64,000 nt of DNA from the NCBI GenBank assembly GCA_034667685.1, contig JAXDQU010000054.1, forward strand, positions 1-64,000. Reading direction: 5' to 3'. A program made the position numbers and the translations under genes. This DNA comes from Thermoplasmata archaeon. Its GTDB lineage: Archaea; Thermoplasmatota; SW-10-69-26; JACQPN01; JAJPHT01. Shown here piece after piece: positions 54,251-63,859 of this stretch. Each line of letters opens with the position of its first letter. The first letter of the stretch is position 1. Under the pieces are notes generated by a model, which worked only from the letters and a program-made list of their open reading frames with translations, was not told the origin of the DNA and did not search any database.

Positions 54251-55132
54251 TCAGCGGTATTCGCCGAGGATCGCGCTGTAGTCCTGTCCCGTCAGGGGCA
54301 GGTCCACCAGCGAGTCCACGCCTTCGAGCGCCTTCATCTGGCTCTCGGGCGTGGGCCGGACCTCCTTGTAGAGCAGGCCGTTGTACAGGTTGCCGTCGAG
54401 CACGCGCTGCATCGCCATCTGCTTGCTGCTCGGGTCGTGGCTGACCTTCTGGCCGTCGATGGTGACCAGCGCGTCGCGGTAGAACTGGTACGTCTGCACC
54501 TTGTTGAAGGTCACGCACGGGCTGAAGGTGTTGACCAGCGCGAAGCCCGGGTGCTCGATGGCGTCCTGGTAGAGCTGCGCCAGCGTCTTCTGGTCGCCCG
54601 AGTAGCCCTGCGCGAGGTAGCTGCCGCCCGAGGCCAGGAAGAGCGCGAGCGGGTTGACCGGCGCCTCGGCGTTGCCGTGCGGCGTGGTCGCGGTGACGAA
54701 GCCGAGCTGCGAGGTGGGGCTCACCTGGCCCTTCGTGAGGCCGTAGATCGAGTTGTCCATCACGATGTACGTGAGGTCGATGTTGCGGCGCGCCGCGTGG
54801 ACGAAGTGGCCCGCGCCGATGCCGTAGCCGTCGCCGTCGCCGCCCACCACGATGACCTTCTGCCCCTTGTTGGCGAGCTTCATCGCCTGCGCGGGCGGAA
54901 GCGCGCGGCCGTGGAGCGAGTGATAGCTGTACGACTTGATGTAGCCGCTGAGCTTGCCCGAGCAGCCGATGCCCGACACGACGGTCACTTCGTGGTTCTC
55001 GTAGCCCAGCGTCGCGAGGGCGCGCTGGAGCGCCGCGAGGACGCCGAAGTCGCCGCAGCCGGGGCACCACCAGGACGCGGTGGTCGTCTGCCAGTCCTTG
55101 ATCGTCTTCTGCGGGGGCGCCACGGCCGACAT
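54251..55132 (-). CDS. korB: 2-oxoacid:ferredoxin oxidoreductase beta subunit
   Basis: WCPGCGD, SGIGCS, LHGR, GGDGD, NSIYGLTKGQ, SPCVTFN. Confidence 0.95.
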   Translation of the reverse strand: MSAVAPPQKTIKDWQTTTASWWCPGCGDFGVLAALQRALATLGYENHEVTVVSGIGCSGKLSGYIKSYSYHSLHGRALPPAQAMKLANKGQKVIVVGGDGDGYGIGAGHFVHAARRNIDLTYIVMDNSIYGLTKGQVSPTSQLGFVTATTPHGNAEAPVNPLALFLASGGSYLAQGYSGDQKTLAQLYQDAIEHPGFALVNTFSPCVTFNKVQTYQFYRDALVTIDGQKVSHDPSSKQMAMQRVLDGNLYNGLLYKEVRPTPESQMKALEGVDSLVDLPLTGQDYSAILGEYR

Positions 55133-56895
55133 CAGATCTCCTCCTGGATGCCCTTCGCGATCTCAGACGGGCGGAAGGGCGTGCCGTCGTACTTCACGAT
55201 CTTGCGAATCTTCTCGTGGCCGCCGACCTCCTTCTGGATGAGGCCGGCCATCTGGCCGCTGAAGTTGTTCTCGACCACGATCACGGTGTCGCACGAGTCG
55301 AGGAAGGCCTTGACCTCCTTGTGCGGGAAGGGCCAGGCGACCTTGATCGCCATGCGCTTGACCTTCGCGCCGGTGACGCGGGGGATCGCCTCGTCGCACG
55401 CGAGGACGGTCGAGCCCCACGAGATGACGCCGACCTTGGCCTCCTTGGGACCCACGGTCTCCGTCGCGGGGTAGGAGATGTGCTGCTCGAAGGTGCGCAG
55501 CTTCTGCTCGCGCTTCTCCATCATGCGGTTGCGGTTCACCTTGTTCTCGGTGATGACGCCGCGGTCGTCCTGCTCGGAGCCGGACGCGAGGTAGAGCGTG
55601 TTGGGGTAGCCGGGGATCGTCCGCGTGGAGACGCCGTCGGGCGTGAACTCGAAGCGCTTGTAGGTGTCCGGCGTCATCGCGGCGGCCTGCTCGCGCGTGA
55701 GGATCTTGCCGCGCTTCACCGGCACGCGCTTGGTGTCCAGCGTGTCGAGCGGGCAGTTCGCGATGGCGAGGTCCTGGTCGATGAGGAAGAAGACCGGAAG
55801 CTGGTACTCCTCCATCCAGTTGAGCGCGTGCTGCACGAGGTAGAACGCCTCTTCGACCGTGGTGGGCGAGACGACGATGCGCGGGAAGTCGTCGTGGCCG
55901 CCGTAGATGGCGAAGTTGAGGTCCGCCTGCGAGTGCTTCGTGGGGAGGCCGGTGGACGGGCCGGGACGCATCACGTCCACGACCATGATCGGGTGCTCCG
56001 CCTTGCCCGCGAGGCCGATGGCCTCGGTCATCAGCGAGAGGCCCGGTCCGGACGTCGCGGTGAGCGCGCGCACGCCGGCGTACGAGGCGCCCAGGATCAT
56101 GTTGATCGCGGAGAGCTCGTCCTCGCTCTGCACGACGACGGCGTGGTGGTCCTCGCCGTGGTCGATGAACCACTCCATGACGTCGGTGGCGGGCGTGATC
56201 GGGTAGCCGGCGACGAAGCGCACGCCGCCCACGAGCGCGCCGAAGGAGAGCGCGCTGTTGCCGTTGATGACGAGCCGGCGGCCCGTCGCGGGAAGGGGAC
56301 GGCGTTCGAGCACCCACATCGGGGGCATCGTGAACGTGTCCTTCACCGTCTGGTAGGCCTGCGCGAGCGCGGCCTTGTTCATGTTGACGACCTTGTCGCC
56401 CTTGCGGCCGAAGCGCTCCTGGACGAACTCGTTGAAGACGTCCAGATCCATGTTGAGCAGCGCGGCGGAGGCGCCCAGCGCCACCATGTTGCGCATGATC
56501 TTGCTGCCGTTGGCCTCGGCGAGCTTCGTCATGGGCACGGCGACGAGGTGCACCTGGTCCTTGTGCTTCGCGTCGAGCTCCGGCGTGAACGCGTCCGAGT
56601 CGTAGAGGATGATCGCGTTCCTGGAGATCGTCTCCAGCGTCGCGTCGATGACCTCCTGGCCCAGCGCCAGGACGATGTCGACGGTGTCGGGGCGCGCGTG
56701 GACGGGCTTGTCCGAGATGCGCACCTCGAAGAAGGTCAGGCCGCCGCGGATGCGGCTGCTGAAGGAGCGGTACGTGTAGAGGTGGAGGCCGTAGCGGGCG
56801 ACCGCCTTGGCGAAGATGTCGCCCGTGCTGTCGATGCCTTCGCCCTGCTGGCCGCCGATGCGCCAGCTCACGTTGTTCACGATGGGTTGCGCCAT
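55132..56895 (-). CDS. korA: 2-oxoacid:ferredoxin oxidoreductase alpha subunit
   Basis: GGQQGEG, SRIRGG, GYPITPAT, TSGPG, RPGPSTGLPT. Confidence 0.95.
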   Translation of the reverse strand: MAQPIVNNVSWRIGGQQGEGIDSTGDIFAKAVARYGLHLYTYRSFSSRIRGGLTFFEVRISDKPVHARPDTVDIVLALGQEVIDATLETISRNAIILYDSDAFTPELDAKHKDQVHLVAVPMTKLAEANGSKIMRNMVALGASAALLNMDLDVFNEFVQERFGRKGDKVVNMNKAALAQAYQTVKDTFTMPPMWVLERRPLPATGRRLVINGNSALSFGALVGGVRFVAGYPITPATDVMEWFIDHGEDHHAVVVQSEDELSAINMILGASYAGVRALTATSGPGLSLMTEAIGLAGKAEHPIMVVDVMRPGPSTGLPTKHSQADLNFAIYGGHDDFPRIVVSPTTVEEAFYLVQHALNWMEEYQLPVFFLIDQDLAIANCPLDTLDTKRVPVKRGKILTREQAAAMTPDTYKRFEFTPDGVSTRTIPGYPNTLYLASGSEQDDRGVITENKVNRNRMMEKREQKLRTFEQHISYPATETVGPKEAKVGVISWGSTVLACDEAIPRVTGAKVKRMAIKVAWPFPHKEVKAFLDSCDTVIVVENNFSGQMAGLIQKEVGGHEKIRKIVKYDGTPFRPSEIAKGIQEEI

Positions 56896-56990
56896 GCTGT
56901 GGCTCCCGGCCCCCTGTCATGGCGGAAAGCCAGGGATAAGCATTCGGCGGGGGCTTGTGCTTTCGATGGCGGGCCAAGTATATACTCGGC

Positions 56991-57203
56991 TCAGGAGCGC
57001 AGGCAGTCCGCCGTGATGGCGTGGACGCCGCCGCCGACCGTGATCGGGACGTAGACGTTGCAGTCGACCGGCGCGGGCACGTTCGCCTCCTCGTGGCTGC
57101 AGTCGGTCCGGGCGCAGCCCCAGACCGTGACGTCGGCCGACGCGAGGGGCACGACGAGGAAGGCCGAGAGGACGAGCAGGGTCAGGAGGGCGCGCGAGGC
57201 CAT
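56991..57203 (-). CDS. Small secreted peptide (70 aa, 4 Cys)
   Basis: MASRALLTLLVLSAFLVVPLASA signal, then a 47-aa mature part with 4 Cys. Confidence 0.6.
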   Translation of the reverse strand: MASRALLTLLVLSAFLVVPLASADVTVWGCARTDCSHEEANVPAPVDCNVYVPITVGGGVHAITADCLRS

Positions 57204-57326
57204 GACGATGCCACGCCCGCCCGAAGGGATAACCCGAGGCAGCCGCGCGGTTGCCTCGGCGCGCGCGGGCGACGATGGCCGGGGAGCGGCGCGCCACGAG
57301 ACCGCGTTCGGCAAGGCGGGCCGGGC

Positions 57327-57827
57327 TCAACCGGCGTAGTGCCAACCGGTCTCCGCGTGGGTCAAGGGTCGAGAATCCCTGCGATGCTCCCACGCCACGA
57401 TCTTCGCGACGACGACGGCGTGGTCGTTCTCGCCCTCGTAGACGTGGACGACCTCGCACTCGACGGTGGCGGGCGTGTCGGGGATCACGGGCGCGCCGGT
57501 GGCGGCGCCGCGCGCGTAGGGGACGCCGGCCATGTCCTTGTCGGTCACGACAAGGTCCTTGAAGAAGCGCGAGGCGAGATCCTTCTGCTCCGCGCCCAGG
57601 ATGTTCAGCGTGAACACGCCCGACTCGCGGATCATCTCCAGCGAGTGCGCGTCGCGCTTCACGCCGAGGACGAGCATCGGCGGCTTGAACGAGACCTGCG
57701 TGACCCACGAGCCGACGAACGCGTTGAGGTCGGTCGCCACGTCGCGCACCTCGCGCCGGCGCACGCCCACCAGGTAGAGCCCGTAGGGCACCATGCGCAG
57801 CGCCTTCTTGCGGGAAGCCTCGTCCAT
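57327..57827 (-). CDS. Flavin reductase-like FMN-binding protein
   Basis: ALRMVPYGLY, SWVTQVSFKPP, FTLNIL, ECEV, DH, WHYAG. Confidence 0.9.
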   Translation of the reverse strand: MDEASRKKALRMVPYGLYLVGVRRREVRDVATDLNAFVGSWVTQVSFKPPMLVLGVKRDAHSLEMIRESGVFTLNILGAEQKDLASRFFKDLVVTDKDMAGVPYARGAATGAPVIPDTPATVECEVVHVYEGENDHAVVVAKIVAWEHRRDSRPLTHAETGWHYAG

Positions 57828-57901
57828 GGCGGCGCGAAGGCGCGCTCCGCTCAAATGTCTTCGCGGGTCAGGTTCAAGACCGCGGGCGCGCCTGCTCGGG
57901 C

Positions 57902-58546
57902 GTGCGATTCCGGCTCGACCCCAAGGACGCGGACGCTCCCGTGCCGCCGCCGCTGCGGGCTGCCGTCCCGGCGCAGACCGCCGCTGCGCCGGTCGCCGCC
58001 CCCGCCCCGACGCCTTCGCGCTGGACGAAGAAGCGCCTCCTCGTGGTCGCGGCCATCGCGCTGCTCCTCCTGGGTGGCGGCGCGACCGCGGTCCTCTACG
58101 CGACCGACTCGGGGCCGTTCGCCTATCCGCACGCGTACCTGCTGGAGGGCTCCAGCGTGCCCCGGGGACTGAGCCTGCCCGACGTGCCGCAAGACGTGCG
58201 GGACGAGTGGGGCATCACCACGAACCCCGGGCAGGTCCCCGACGACAAGCTCGGCCAGTTCGAGGGCACGACGCGGCCCACCGACGCCTGGATCGAGGTG
58301 CTCCAGGCCGGCGGGCGCTCGGACGCGGTGAGCGTGGCCGCGCTGCGCTTCAGCGACGAGGACCACGCGAACACCTTCATCTCGCAGGTCTCGCTGCGCT
58401 GCGCGGCGGGCGGCTTCGCGATCCTCCAGGACGGCCGGGTCGTCGACCTCGTCATCGTGGGCGACAGCCAGGCGATGCCGTACTACAACGCGATCGTCAG
58501 CGCCCTCCACGCGCAGGCGAGCGGGCTGCACGGCCTCTGCGGCTAG
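57902..58546 (+). CDS. Hypothetical single-TM protein
   Basis: KKRLLVVAAIALLLLGGG anchor followed by a soluble domain. Confidence 0.65.
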   Translation: MRFRLDPKDADAPVPPPLRAAVPAQTAAAPVAAPAPTPSRWTKKRLLVVAAIALLLLGGGATAVLYATDSGPFAYPHAYLLEGSSVPRGLSLPDVPQDVRDEWGITTNPGQVPDDKLGQFEGTTRPTDAWIEVLQAGGRSDAVSVAALRFSDEDHANTFISQVSLRCAAGGFAILQDGRVVDLVIVGDSQAMPYYNAIVSALHAQASGLHGLCG

Positions 58547-59538
58547 GTCTCGTCGGCCTGCGCGCCCTCGCCGATCCAGGCTTGCAGCGTGCGGCCCACG
58601 GCCTCCAGGCTCGCGGCGCTCACGTGCGACATGTCGTCGTGCTGCGTGTGGTGCCACTCGGGGAACGCCTTGGGGTTCGGCACGAGGTGGATCAGGTCGA
58701 CCGCGCGGATGCCCTCCTCGACGAAGGGCTCGTGGTCGTCCTCAATGCTCCACGTGGCGCCCGCGCGGGTCTCGTTGCTGAACTGGCGATAGCCGAGGCC
58801 GCCCGCGATGCCGTAGATGCGGTCCTGGACGGGCCGGCCCAGCCCCTGATAGCTCGACAGCTCGCGCGGCATCGTGAGGTTCGGGTCGCCCACGAGGTCC
58901 ACGAGCACCATCGCCTTCGCGGCGTCGCGCTCGGCGGCGCTCAGGTTCTGCGCGTAGTGGCGCGAGCCCATCAGCCAGTCCGTGCCGCAGGCATTGGGCA
59001 TGTCGCCCCCGTCCTCCGCGTCGAAGAAGACGAGACGCACAGTATCGGGCGTGCGGTTGAGCACCTTTGCCAATTCCAGGAGAACGCCCACGCCGCTGCC
59101 GCCGTCGTTCGCGCCGGGGATCGGCAGCGTCCGGTTGATCGGGTCCGCGTCGCTCTCCGCGATCGGCCGCGTGTCGTAGTGCGCGCCCAGGATCACGAGC
59201 TTGCCGCTGGCGCCCGCGCGCTCCGCGACGACGTTGTGAAGCTGCACGTCCCGGCATGCGTAGCTGGCGTTCCAGCGGTCCCAGGTGACGTTCCAGCCGG
59301 CGCCCGCGAGCGCGTCGGCGATGAGCTGCGCCGCCTCGTCGTTGCCCGCGGTCCCGGGCACGCGGTGGCGCACGCTGCCGTCGGGCGCGAGGACCTGCCG
59401 CTCCACGTCGTGGTACGCGGCCTGGCCGTCGAAGGGCGAGCCCGCGGGCGGCGGCACGATCCCGTCGTCGGGGCGCCCGGGCGGAGACGAGCAGCCCGCC
59501 AGCAGGACCGCGAGAAGAAGCCACGTCCAGGCGCGCAC
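58543..59538 (-). CDS. M28-family metallopeptidase / glutaminyl cyclase-like lipoprotein
   Basis: LLAGC lipobox, GAHYD, GANDGGSG, DAED, DDHEPF, WHHTQHD. Confidence 0.9.
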   Translation of the reverse strand: MRAWTWLLLAVLLAGCSSPPGRPDDGIVPPPAGSPFDGQAAYHDVERQVLAPDGSVRHRVPGTAGNDEAAQLIADALAGAGWNVTWDRWNASYACRDVQLHNVVAERAGASGKLVILGAHYDTRPIAESDADPINRTLPIPGANDGGSGVGVLLELAKVLNRTPDTVRLVFFDAEDGGDMPNACGTDWLMGSRHYAQNLSAAERDAAKAMVLVDLVGDPNLTMPRELSSYQGLGRPVQDRIYGIAGGLGYRQFSNETRAGATWSIEDDHEPFVEEGIRAVDLIHLVPNPKAFPEWHHTQHDDMSHVSAASLEAVGRTLQAWIGEGAQADET

Positions 59539-59603
59539 GCACGGCAAAGCGCGAACTCCCCCATGAAGCACGTGGATGCCGCGTCGAAGAACGCGCGGAT
59601 GGA

Positions 59604-60326
59604 TTGAAGCCGAGGCGGGCCTCAGCCTGGGGCGTGCCCGGCCGTCGCGAGGAGGAGAGCGCCAGCCTGCGCGCGCGTTACGGCGAGCCGGTCGAGATGA
59701 CGCTCGACGTCCCGATGCGCGAGTGGGAGTTCAACCTGCTGCGCTTCAGCAAGACCGACGGGCGTTACCGCGACGCGACCATCCTGATCCCGCACGAGGG
59801 GCGCCTCGTCTGCATCGTGAAGCACAGCTATCCCGCGGGCGTCGCGCGTCCCCCCAGCGGCGGCGTGGTGCCCGGCGAGCCGCTCGACGCCGCCGCCCAG
59901 CGCGAGGCCTACGAGGAGACCGGCCTGCGCGTCCGCATCACGGACTACCTGCTGCGCGTCGCGTGCCACTTCACGCTTGGCAAGCACGCCACGCCCAGCG
60001 CGCACGCCCTCGCCGAGGCGAGCCGCCGCGGAAGGAGCGACGAGTGGGTCTTCGACTCGCTGGCGCGCTTCGCCGCCGAGACGCCCCCCAAGGCCGACGA
60101 GCCCGAGTATTGGGAGAGCCACGTCTTCTGGGCCCTCCCCGAGGGCGGCGCGCTCGGGCCGCTCGACACCAACGAGATCAAGGAGGTCGTGCTCCTCTCG
60201 CCCGACGAGCTGGAGCGCGACGTCCATGCCCGGATGCGCGCGGCCGACATCGGCGGCTTCGCGTACCGCGTCCGGCTCCAGGAGGCCGCGCTCGCGGCGG
60301 CGCGGCAGCGCGGGCTGCTTCCGTAG
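59604..60326 (+). CDS. NUDIX hydrolase
   Basis: GGVVPGEPLDAAAQREAYEETG Nudix box; start uncertain. Confidence 0.85.
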   Translation: MKPRRASAWGVPGRREEESASLRARYGEPVEMTLDVPMREWEFNLLRFSKTDGRYRDATILIPHEGRLVCIVKHSYPAGVARPPSGGVVPGEPLDAAAQREAYEETGLRVRITDYLLRVACHFTLGKHATPSAHALAEASRRGRSDEWVFDSLARFAAETPPKADEPEYWESHVFWALPEGGALGPLDTNEIKEVVLLSPDELERDVHARMRAADIGGFAYRVRLQEAALAAARQRGLLP

Positions 60327-60328
60327 AC

Positions 60329-60763
60329 CTACGGCAGCAGGCCCGAGATGACCGGCGGGTTGCCCACGGGGCAGCCCAGCGGCGCGCTGTCGGAGACGAC
60401 GTCCGTCTGCGCCGTGGCCGTGGTCTCGCAGTTGCCGTTGATGGTCGTCCAGTCGAGCTGCACGTACTGGTAGCCGTTGGTGCTGGAGTCGTAGACGTAG
60501 ACGCCCGTGAACACCGACGTGTAGTCGTAGTTGTAGAACGCCGAGTGGTACAAGTTGCAGACGTTGCCGCCCTGGACGCCGACCGACTTGGGCGCGACGC
60601 CGCCGCCCGCGCTCGCGACGTTGTACTGGTAGCCGTTGGTCGTGCTGCTGCACTTGCCGGAGTTGTACGAGCCGACGCCCGCGCTTTCGAACACGCCGCC
60701 CGCGAGCGCCGCGGGGACCACCAGGGCCAGGGAGACGAGACCGATCAGGATGAGAGAACGCAT
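60329..60763 (-). CDS. Secreted Tyr/Asn/Cys-rich protein
   Basis: Signal MRSLILIGLVSLALVVPAALA; TNGYQY occurs twice; 4 Cys. Confidence 0.7.
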   Translation of the reverse strand: MRSLILIGLVSLALVVPAALAGGVFESAGVGSYNSGKCSSTTNGYQYNVASAGGGVAPKSVGVQGGNVCNLYHSAFYNYDYTSVFTGVYVYDSSTNGYQYVQLDWTTINGNCETTATAQTDVVSDSAPLGCPVGNPPVISGLLP

Positions 60764-60892
60764 GATATCCAAACCTTCGCGGCGCCGCACGCGATGGCCC
60801 CTGATAGCAGACGCGGGCGGGCAGCCGGGCAGCGGCGGACGCGATGGACGTGGAAAGAAAGACGCGGAGCGGGGAAGTCCCGCACTCCGCCT

Positions 60893-61069
60893 TCAACACC
60901 CCAGGACGAAGCAGAGCACGTCCGACACGATCCCGGACGCGTCGTCGTAGACCGTACATGCCTCACCGCTACCAATGACGGAGGGGCACGCGCTGGCCTC
61001 GGGCGTGGCGAGGACGGCGACGCCGCCCAACAGGAGCGACGCGACAAGCAGCATGACAACAACCTTCAC
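60893..61069 (-). CDS. Small secreted peptide (58 aa, 4 Cys)
   Basis: SD GAGGTGA then GTG: MKVVVMLLVASLLLGGVAVLATPEASACPSVIGSGEACTVYDDASGIVSDVLCFVLGC; not in the ORF track. Confidence 0.6.
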   Translation of the reverse strand: MKVVVMLLVASLLLGGVAVLATPEASACPSVIGSGEACTVYDDASGIVSDVLCFVLGC

Positions 61070-61174
61070 TTCGATTCACCTCCCGCTTCGCCCTGGAAGC
61101 ACGCCTCCAAGGCGCCTAGCCGGCAAGAGATGGCTAGCCGCGGCTTGTACCTCGGCGTAACAAGCCCCGGGCGC

Positions 61175-61840
61175 TCACATGCTGATGATCTGGTTGAGCG
61201 TATCGAACGCCGCCATCATGTCGCTCTGCTCGATGACGAACATGGTGTCCTTGTAGCACGAGATCAGCTCGAGGAAGTTGATGCCCTTCGACGAGAGGCT
61301 GCTGCTGAGGAACGCCACGACGCCCTGCACGTCCTCGACGACCTCGGGCGAGGTCACGATCAGCTCGACGAGGTCGCGCGCGTCCTTCATGACCTCCTCC
61401 TCGCCCACGATGTCGCGGACCTCCTTCGCCACGGCGCCGTCCATGATGATGGTCACGCCCGCCGTCCCCTGGATGATGTGGACGTTCTGCTCGCGGCCAC
61501 GCAGCGCGCTCATCACCTTCTCCAGCTTGCCGTACATGTGCCACGAGGGGCGGACGGTCATCGTGACCACCTTGGTGCGGATCTCCAGCTTGCTCTTCCG
61601 CAGGACCTTGAGGATGGCCTCCTCGTTGATCTTGGACTTGGGGTCAAGCTCGTAGCGCCGGCACGCCATGAGCGCCGCCTCCTCGGACTTGAGCCCCTTC
61701 TCCTCCATGATCTTGCGGGCCAGCGCGCTCAGGTTGATGATGCCCATGCGCATGCCGTCCTTGATCGAGGGATGGGTGTCGATGTAGTCCCGAACGACAG
61801 CGGCGGTGGACACGGTGGTGGTTGGCTTTCTGCGTGGCAT
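61175..61840 (-). CDS. Archaeal ACT-domain protein
   Basis: GIINLSALARKI, SPEVVEDVQGVVA, GINFLELISCYKDT. Confidence 0.85.
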   Translation of the reverse strand: MPRRKPTTTVSTAAVVRDYIDTHPSIKDGMRMGIINLSALARKIMEEKGLKSEEAALMACRRYELDPKSKINEEAILKVLRKSKLEIRTKVVTMTVRPSWHMYGKLEKVMSALRGREQNVHIIQGTAGVTIIMDGAVAKEVRDIVGEEEVMKDARDLVELIVTSPEVVEDVQGVVAFLSSSLSSKGINFLELISCYKDTMFVIEQSDMMAAFDTLNQIISM

Positions 61841-61987
61841 CTGCTATCCCTCGGTCTGGATCGGAAGACGGGCATCGTGCGAGAACGGGGGCCGAAGGCC
61901 CCCGGACAAAACCGCCGGCGCCTTTCGGGGCCGTTGACTGATGCCCATGCGCATGCCGTCCTTGATCGAGGGATGGGTGTCGATGTA
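61738..61987. repeat. 49-bp identical direct repeat (61738-61786 / 61939-61987), att-like
   Basis: TGATGCCCATGCGCATGCCGTCCTTGATCGAGGGATGGGTGTCGATGTA in both copies. Confidence 0.92.
61886..61904 (-). terminator. GC-rich hairpin with a cUUCGg loop
   Basis: Minus strand CGGGGGCC-TTC-GGCCCCCG followed by TTCTC; role unproven. Confidence 0.4.
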
Positions 61988-62041
61988 ATCGCGGACGACG
62001 GCCGCGGTCGAGACGCCCGTGGCCTGCTTCTTGCGCGGCAC
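61939..62041 (-). pseudogene. Displaced 5' fragment of the ACT-domain gene
   Basis: GTG-PRKKQATGVSTAAVVRDYIDTHPSIKDGMRMGI, then diverges. Confidence 0.8.
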
Positions 62042-62154
62042 GCGAGCGGCCACGGCGCGGGCGCGCATGAAGCCTCGGGCTCCCGACGCGCGCGACCCGA
62101 ATCGGTCACGCTTGTCAGGGGGCCCCTCGTTGCGGCGATTCAACGTGGTGTTCG

Positions 62155-62169
62155 AAAGCTTCAGGTAGC
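62155..62169 (+). promoter_or_regulatory. Shared upstream motif AAAGCTTCAGGTAGC, copy 1
   Basis: Identical 15-mer about 20 nt before the ATGs at 62190 and 62815. Confidence 0.65.
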
Positions 62170-62189
62170 CCTCCGCTGTCCGGCCACCC

Positions 62190-62729
62190 ATGAGGCTTCT
62201 CCCTGTCCTCCTGATCGCGCTCGCGCTCGCCTTCGCGGGCTGCTTCGGCAAGAAGGCCGATAACACCCCGACCGACGGTGGCGCCACTACGCCCACCGAC
62301 ACCACCCCGTCGAGCAGCGGCGGCTCCACGCCCGCCTCCAGCACGCCCGGCGGCACCGACACGAACTCGACGCCGCCCGCCGCGCTCCCGCCCAAGCAGG
62401 CGTGCTCGGCGAGCGTGGACTTCACCGAGGCGCCCAGCGGCCCCGCGGCCCCCGCGCCCCCGGCGGCGACCCCCTGCAACATCGACCCGGGCTACACGCA
62501 CCTGATCCTCAACGTCACGTGGGCCCTCACGACGCCCGCGGCGCCCGACCCGCAGCCCCCCAGCGTCGCCATCGGCGGCGCGACGTGCGCCCTCGCGGGC
62601 CCCGTCGAGCAGTCGGCCCCCGCCGTGTGCAGCAAGCCCGGCACCGCGACGCCTGGCAAGATGTCGATCACGTACGGCGGCGGCCCCGCGCCGATCACGG
62701 CGACCGTGACCGTCTTCGAGACCGCTTAG
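62190..62729 (+). CDS. Lipoprotein, tandem paralogue 1
   Basis: LAFAGC lipobox, Thr/Ser/Gly linker, IDPGYT domain. Confidence 0.82.
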   Translation: MRLLPVLLIALALAFAGCFGKKADNTPTDGGATTPTDTTPSSSGGSTPASSTPGGTDTNSTPPAALPPKQACSASVDFTEAPSGPAAPAPPAATPCNIDPGYTHLILNVTWALTTPAAPDPQPPSVAIGGATCALAGPVEQSAPAVCSKPGTATPGKMSITYGGGPAPITATVTVFETA

Positions 62730-62780
62730 GCCAGCCCCTCCGGCCGGGCGCGCGCCCGGCCCCCGCTTCTCTTCCATAGA

Positions 62781-62795
62781 AAAGCTTCAGGTAGC
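62781..62795 (+). promoter_or_regulatory. Shared upstream motif AAAGCTTCAGGTAGC, copy 2
   Basis: Identical to 62155-62169. Confidence 0.65.
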
Positions 62796-62814
62796 GCGCT
62801 GGGTCTGCGGCCGC

Positions 62815-63324
62815 ATGAAGCGGTTCGCCCTCTTCGCGCTCGTCCTCTCGCTCGCGTTCGCCGGGTGCTTCGGCAAGAAGACCGACGACGGCGCCACGCC
62901 GACCGACAACGGCACGGGCACGACGACGTCGACCCCCGGCGGGACGGGCGGCAACACGACCCCCGGCGGCGGCACGACGACGCTGGCGCCCAAGACCGTC
63001 TGCACCGATTCCCCCGACTTCAGCCAGGCCGGGAACCCCGCGACGGGCGCCGAGCCCCCCGCGAAGGCGTGCACGATCGACCCCGGCTACACGACGCTCA
63101 CGCTGATCGTCAACGTCACGCAGCAGACGCCCGCGCCCGGCGCCGTCGTGCAAGCGTTCGACGTGAAGGTCGCGGGCCTCGACGTGCAGGTGGGGCAGGG
63201 CCCCGTCACCGCGGCGACCTCGGCGACCAAGACCGGCGCGGCCACCCCCGGCGCGGCGAAGATCGAGTACACCGGCGGCCCCGCCGTGGGCGTGACGGTC
63301 GACGTGAAGGTCGTCGAATCGTAA
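62815..63324 (+). CDS. Lipoprotein, tandem paralogue 2
   Basis: LAFAGCFGKK, Thr/Gly linker, IDPGYT. Confidence 0.82.
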   Translation: MKRFALFALVLSLAFAGCFGKKTDDGATPTDNGTGTTTSTPGGTGGNTTPGGGTTTLAPKTVCTDSPDFSQAGNPATGAEPPAKACTIDPGYTTLTLIVNVTQQTPAPGAVVQAFDVKVAGLDVQVGQGPVTAATSATKTGAATPGAAKIEYTGGPAVGVTVDVKVVES

Positions 63325-63393
63325 CCGCGCGCTCGGCATGTCAACGACCGGGCCGATTCGTTCATCCATCCCTTCGCGCTCGTAGGGGTCCGT

Positions 63394-63852
63394 ATGCGCA
63401 TCGCGATCCTCCTGGTCGTCGGCTTCGTCCTCGCGGCAGGCTGCGCCACGAACAACGGCGGCAACAACGGCACGACGCCCACGGACAACGGCGCCGGCGG
63501 CGGCAACGGCACGACGGCGGCCAAGGTCGTCAAGACCGACACGCACGACTTCGCCACGGACGCGCCCGCAGGCGCCCCCGCGGGCACGCCGACCCCCACC
63601 GCCATCACGATCGACCCGGGCTACACGACGCTCAAGCTCAACGTCACGTTCACGGGCGACGCGCCTGCGGCGGGCGCCGGCGTCGCCTCGGGCGTCACGG
63701 TCAAGGTGGGCTCGCTCACGTGCACGATCGACGGGCCCGTGACGGCCGCCTCGACGTGCACCAAGAGCGGCACCGCGACGGCCGGAAAGGCGCAGATCGA
63801 GTACAGCGGCAGCGGCCCCGTCACGGCCACCGTCACCGTGAGCGAGAGCTGA
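63394..63852 (+). CDS. Lipoprotein, tandem paralogue 3
   Basis: LAAGC, Asn/Gly/Thr linker, IDPGYT. Confidence 0.82.
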   Translation: MRIAILLVVGFVLAAGCATNNGGNNGTTPTDNGAGGGNGTTAAKVVKTDTHDFATDAPAGAPAGTPTPTAITIDPGYTTLKLNVTFTGDAPAAGAGVASGVTVKVGSLTCTIDGPVTAASTCTKSGTATAGKAQIEYSGSGPVTATVTVSES

Positions 63853-63859
63853 GCCATCG

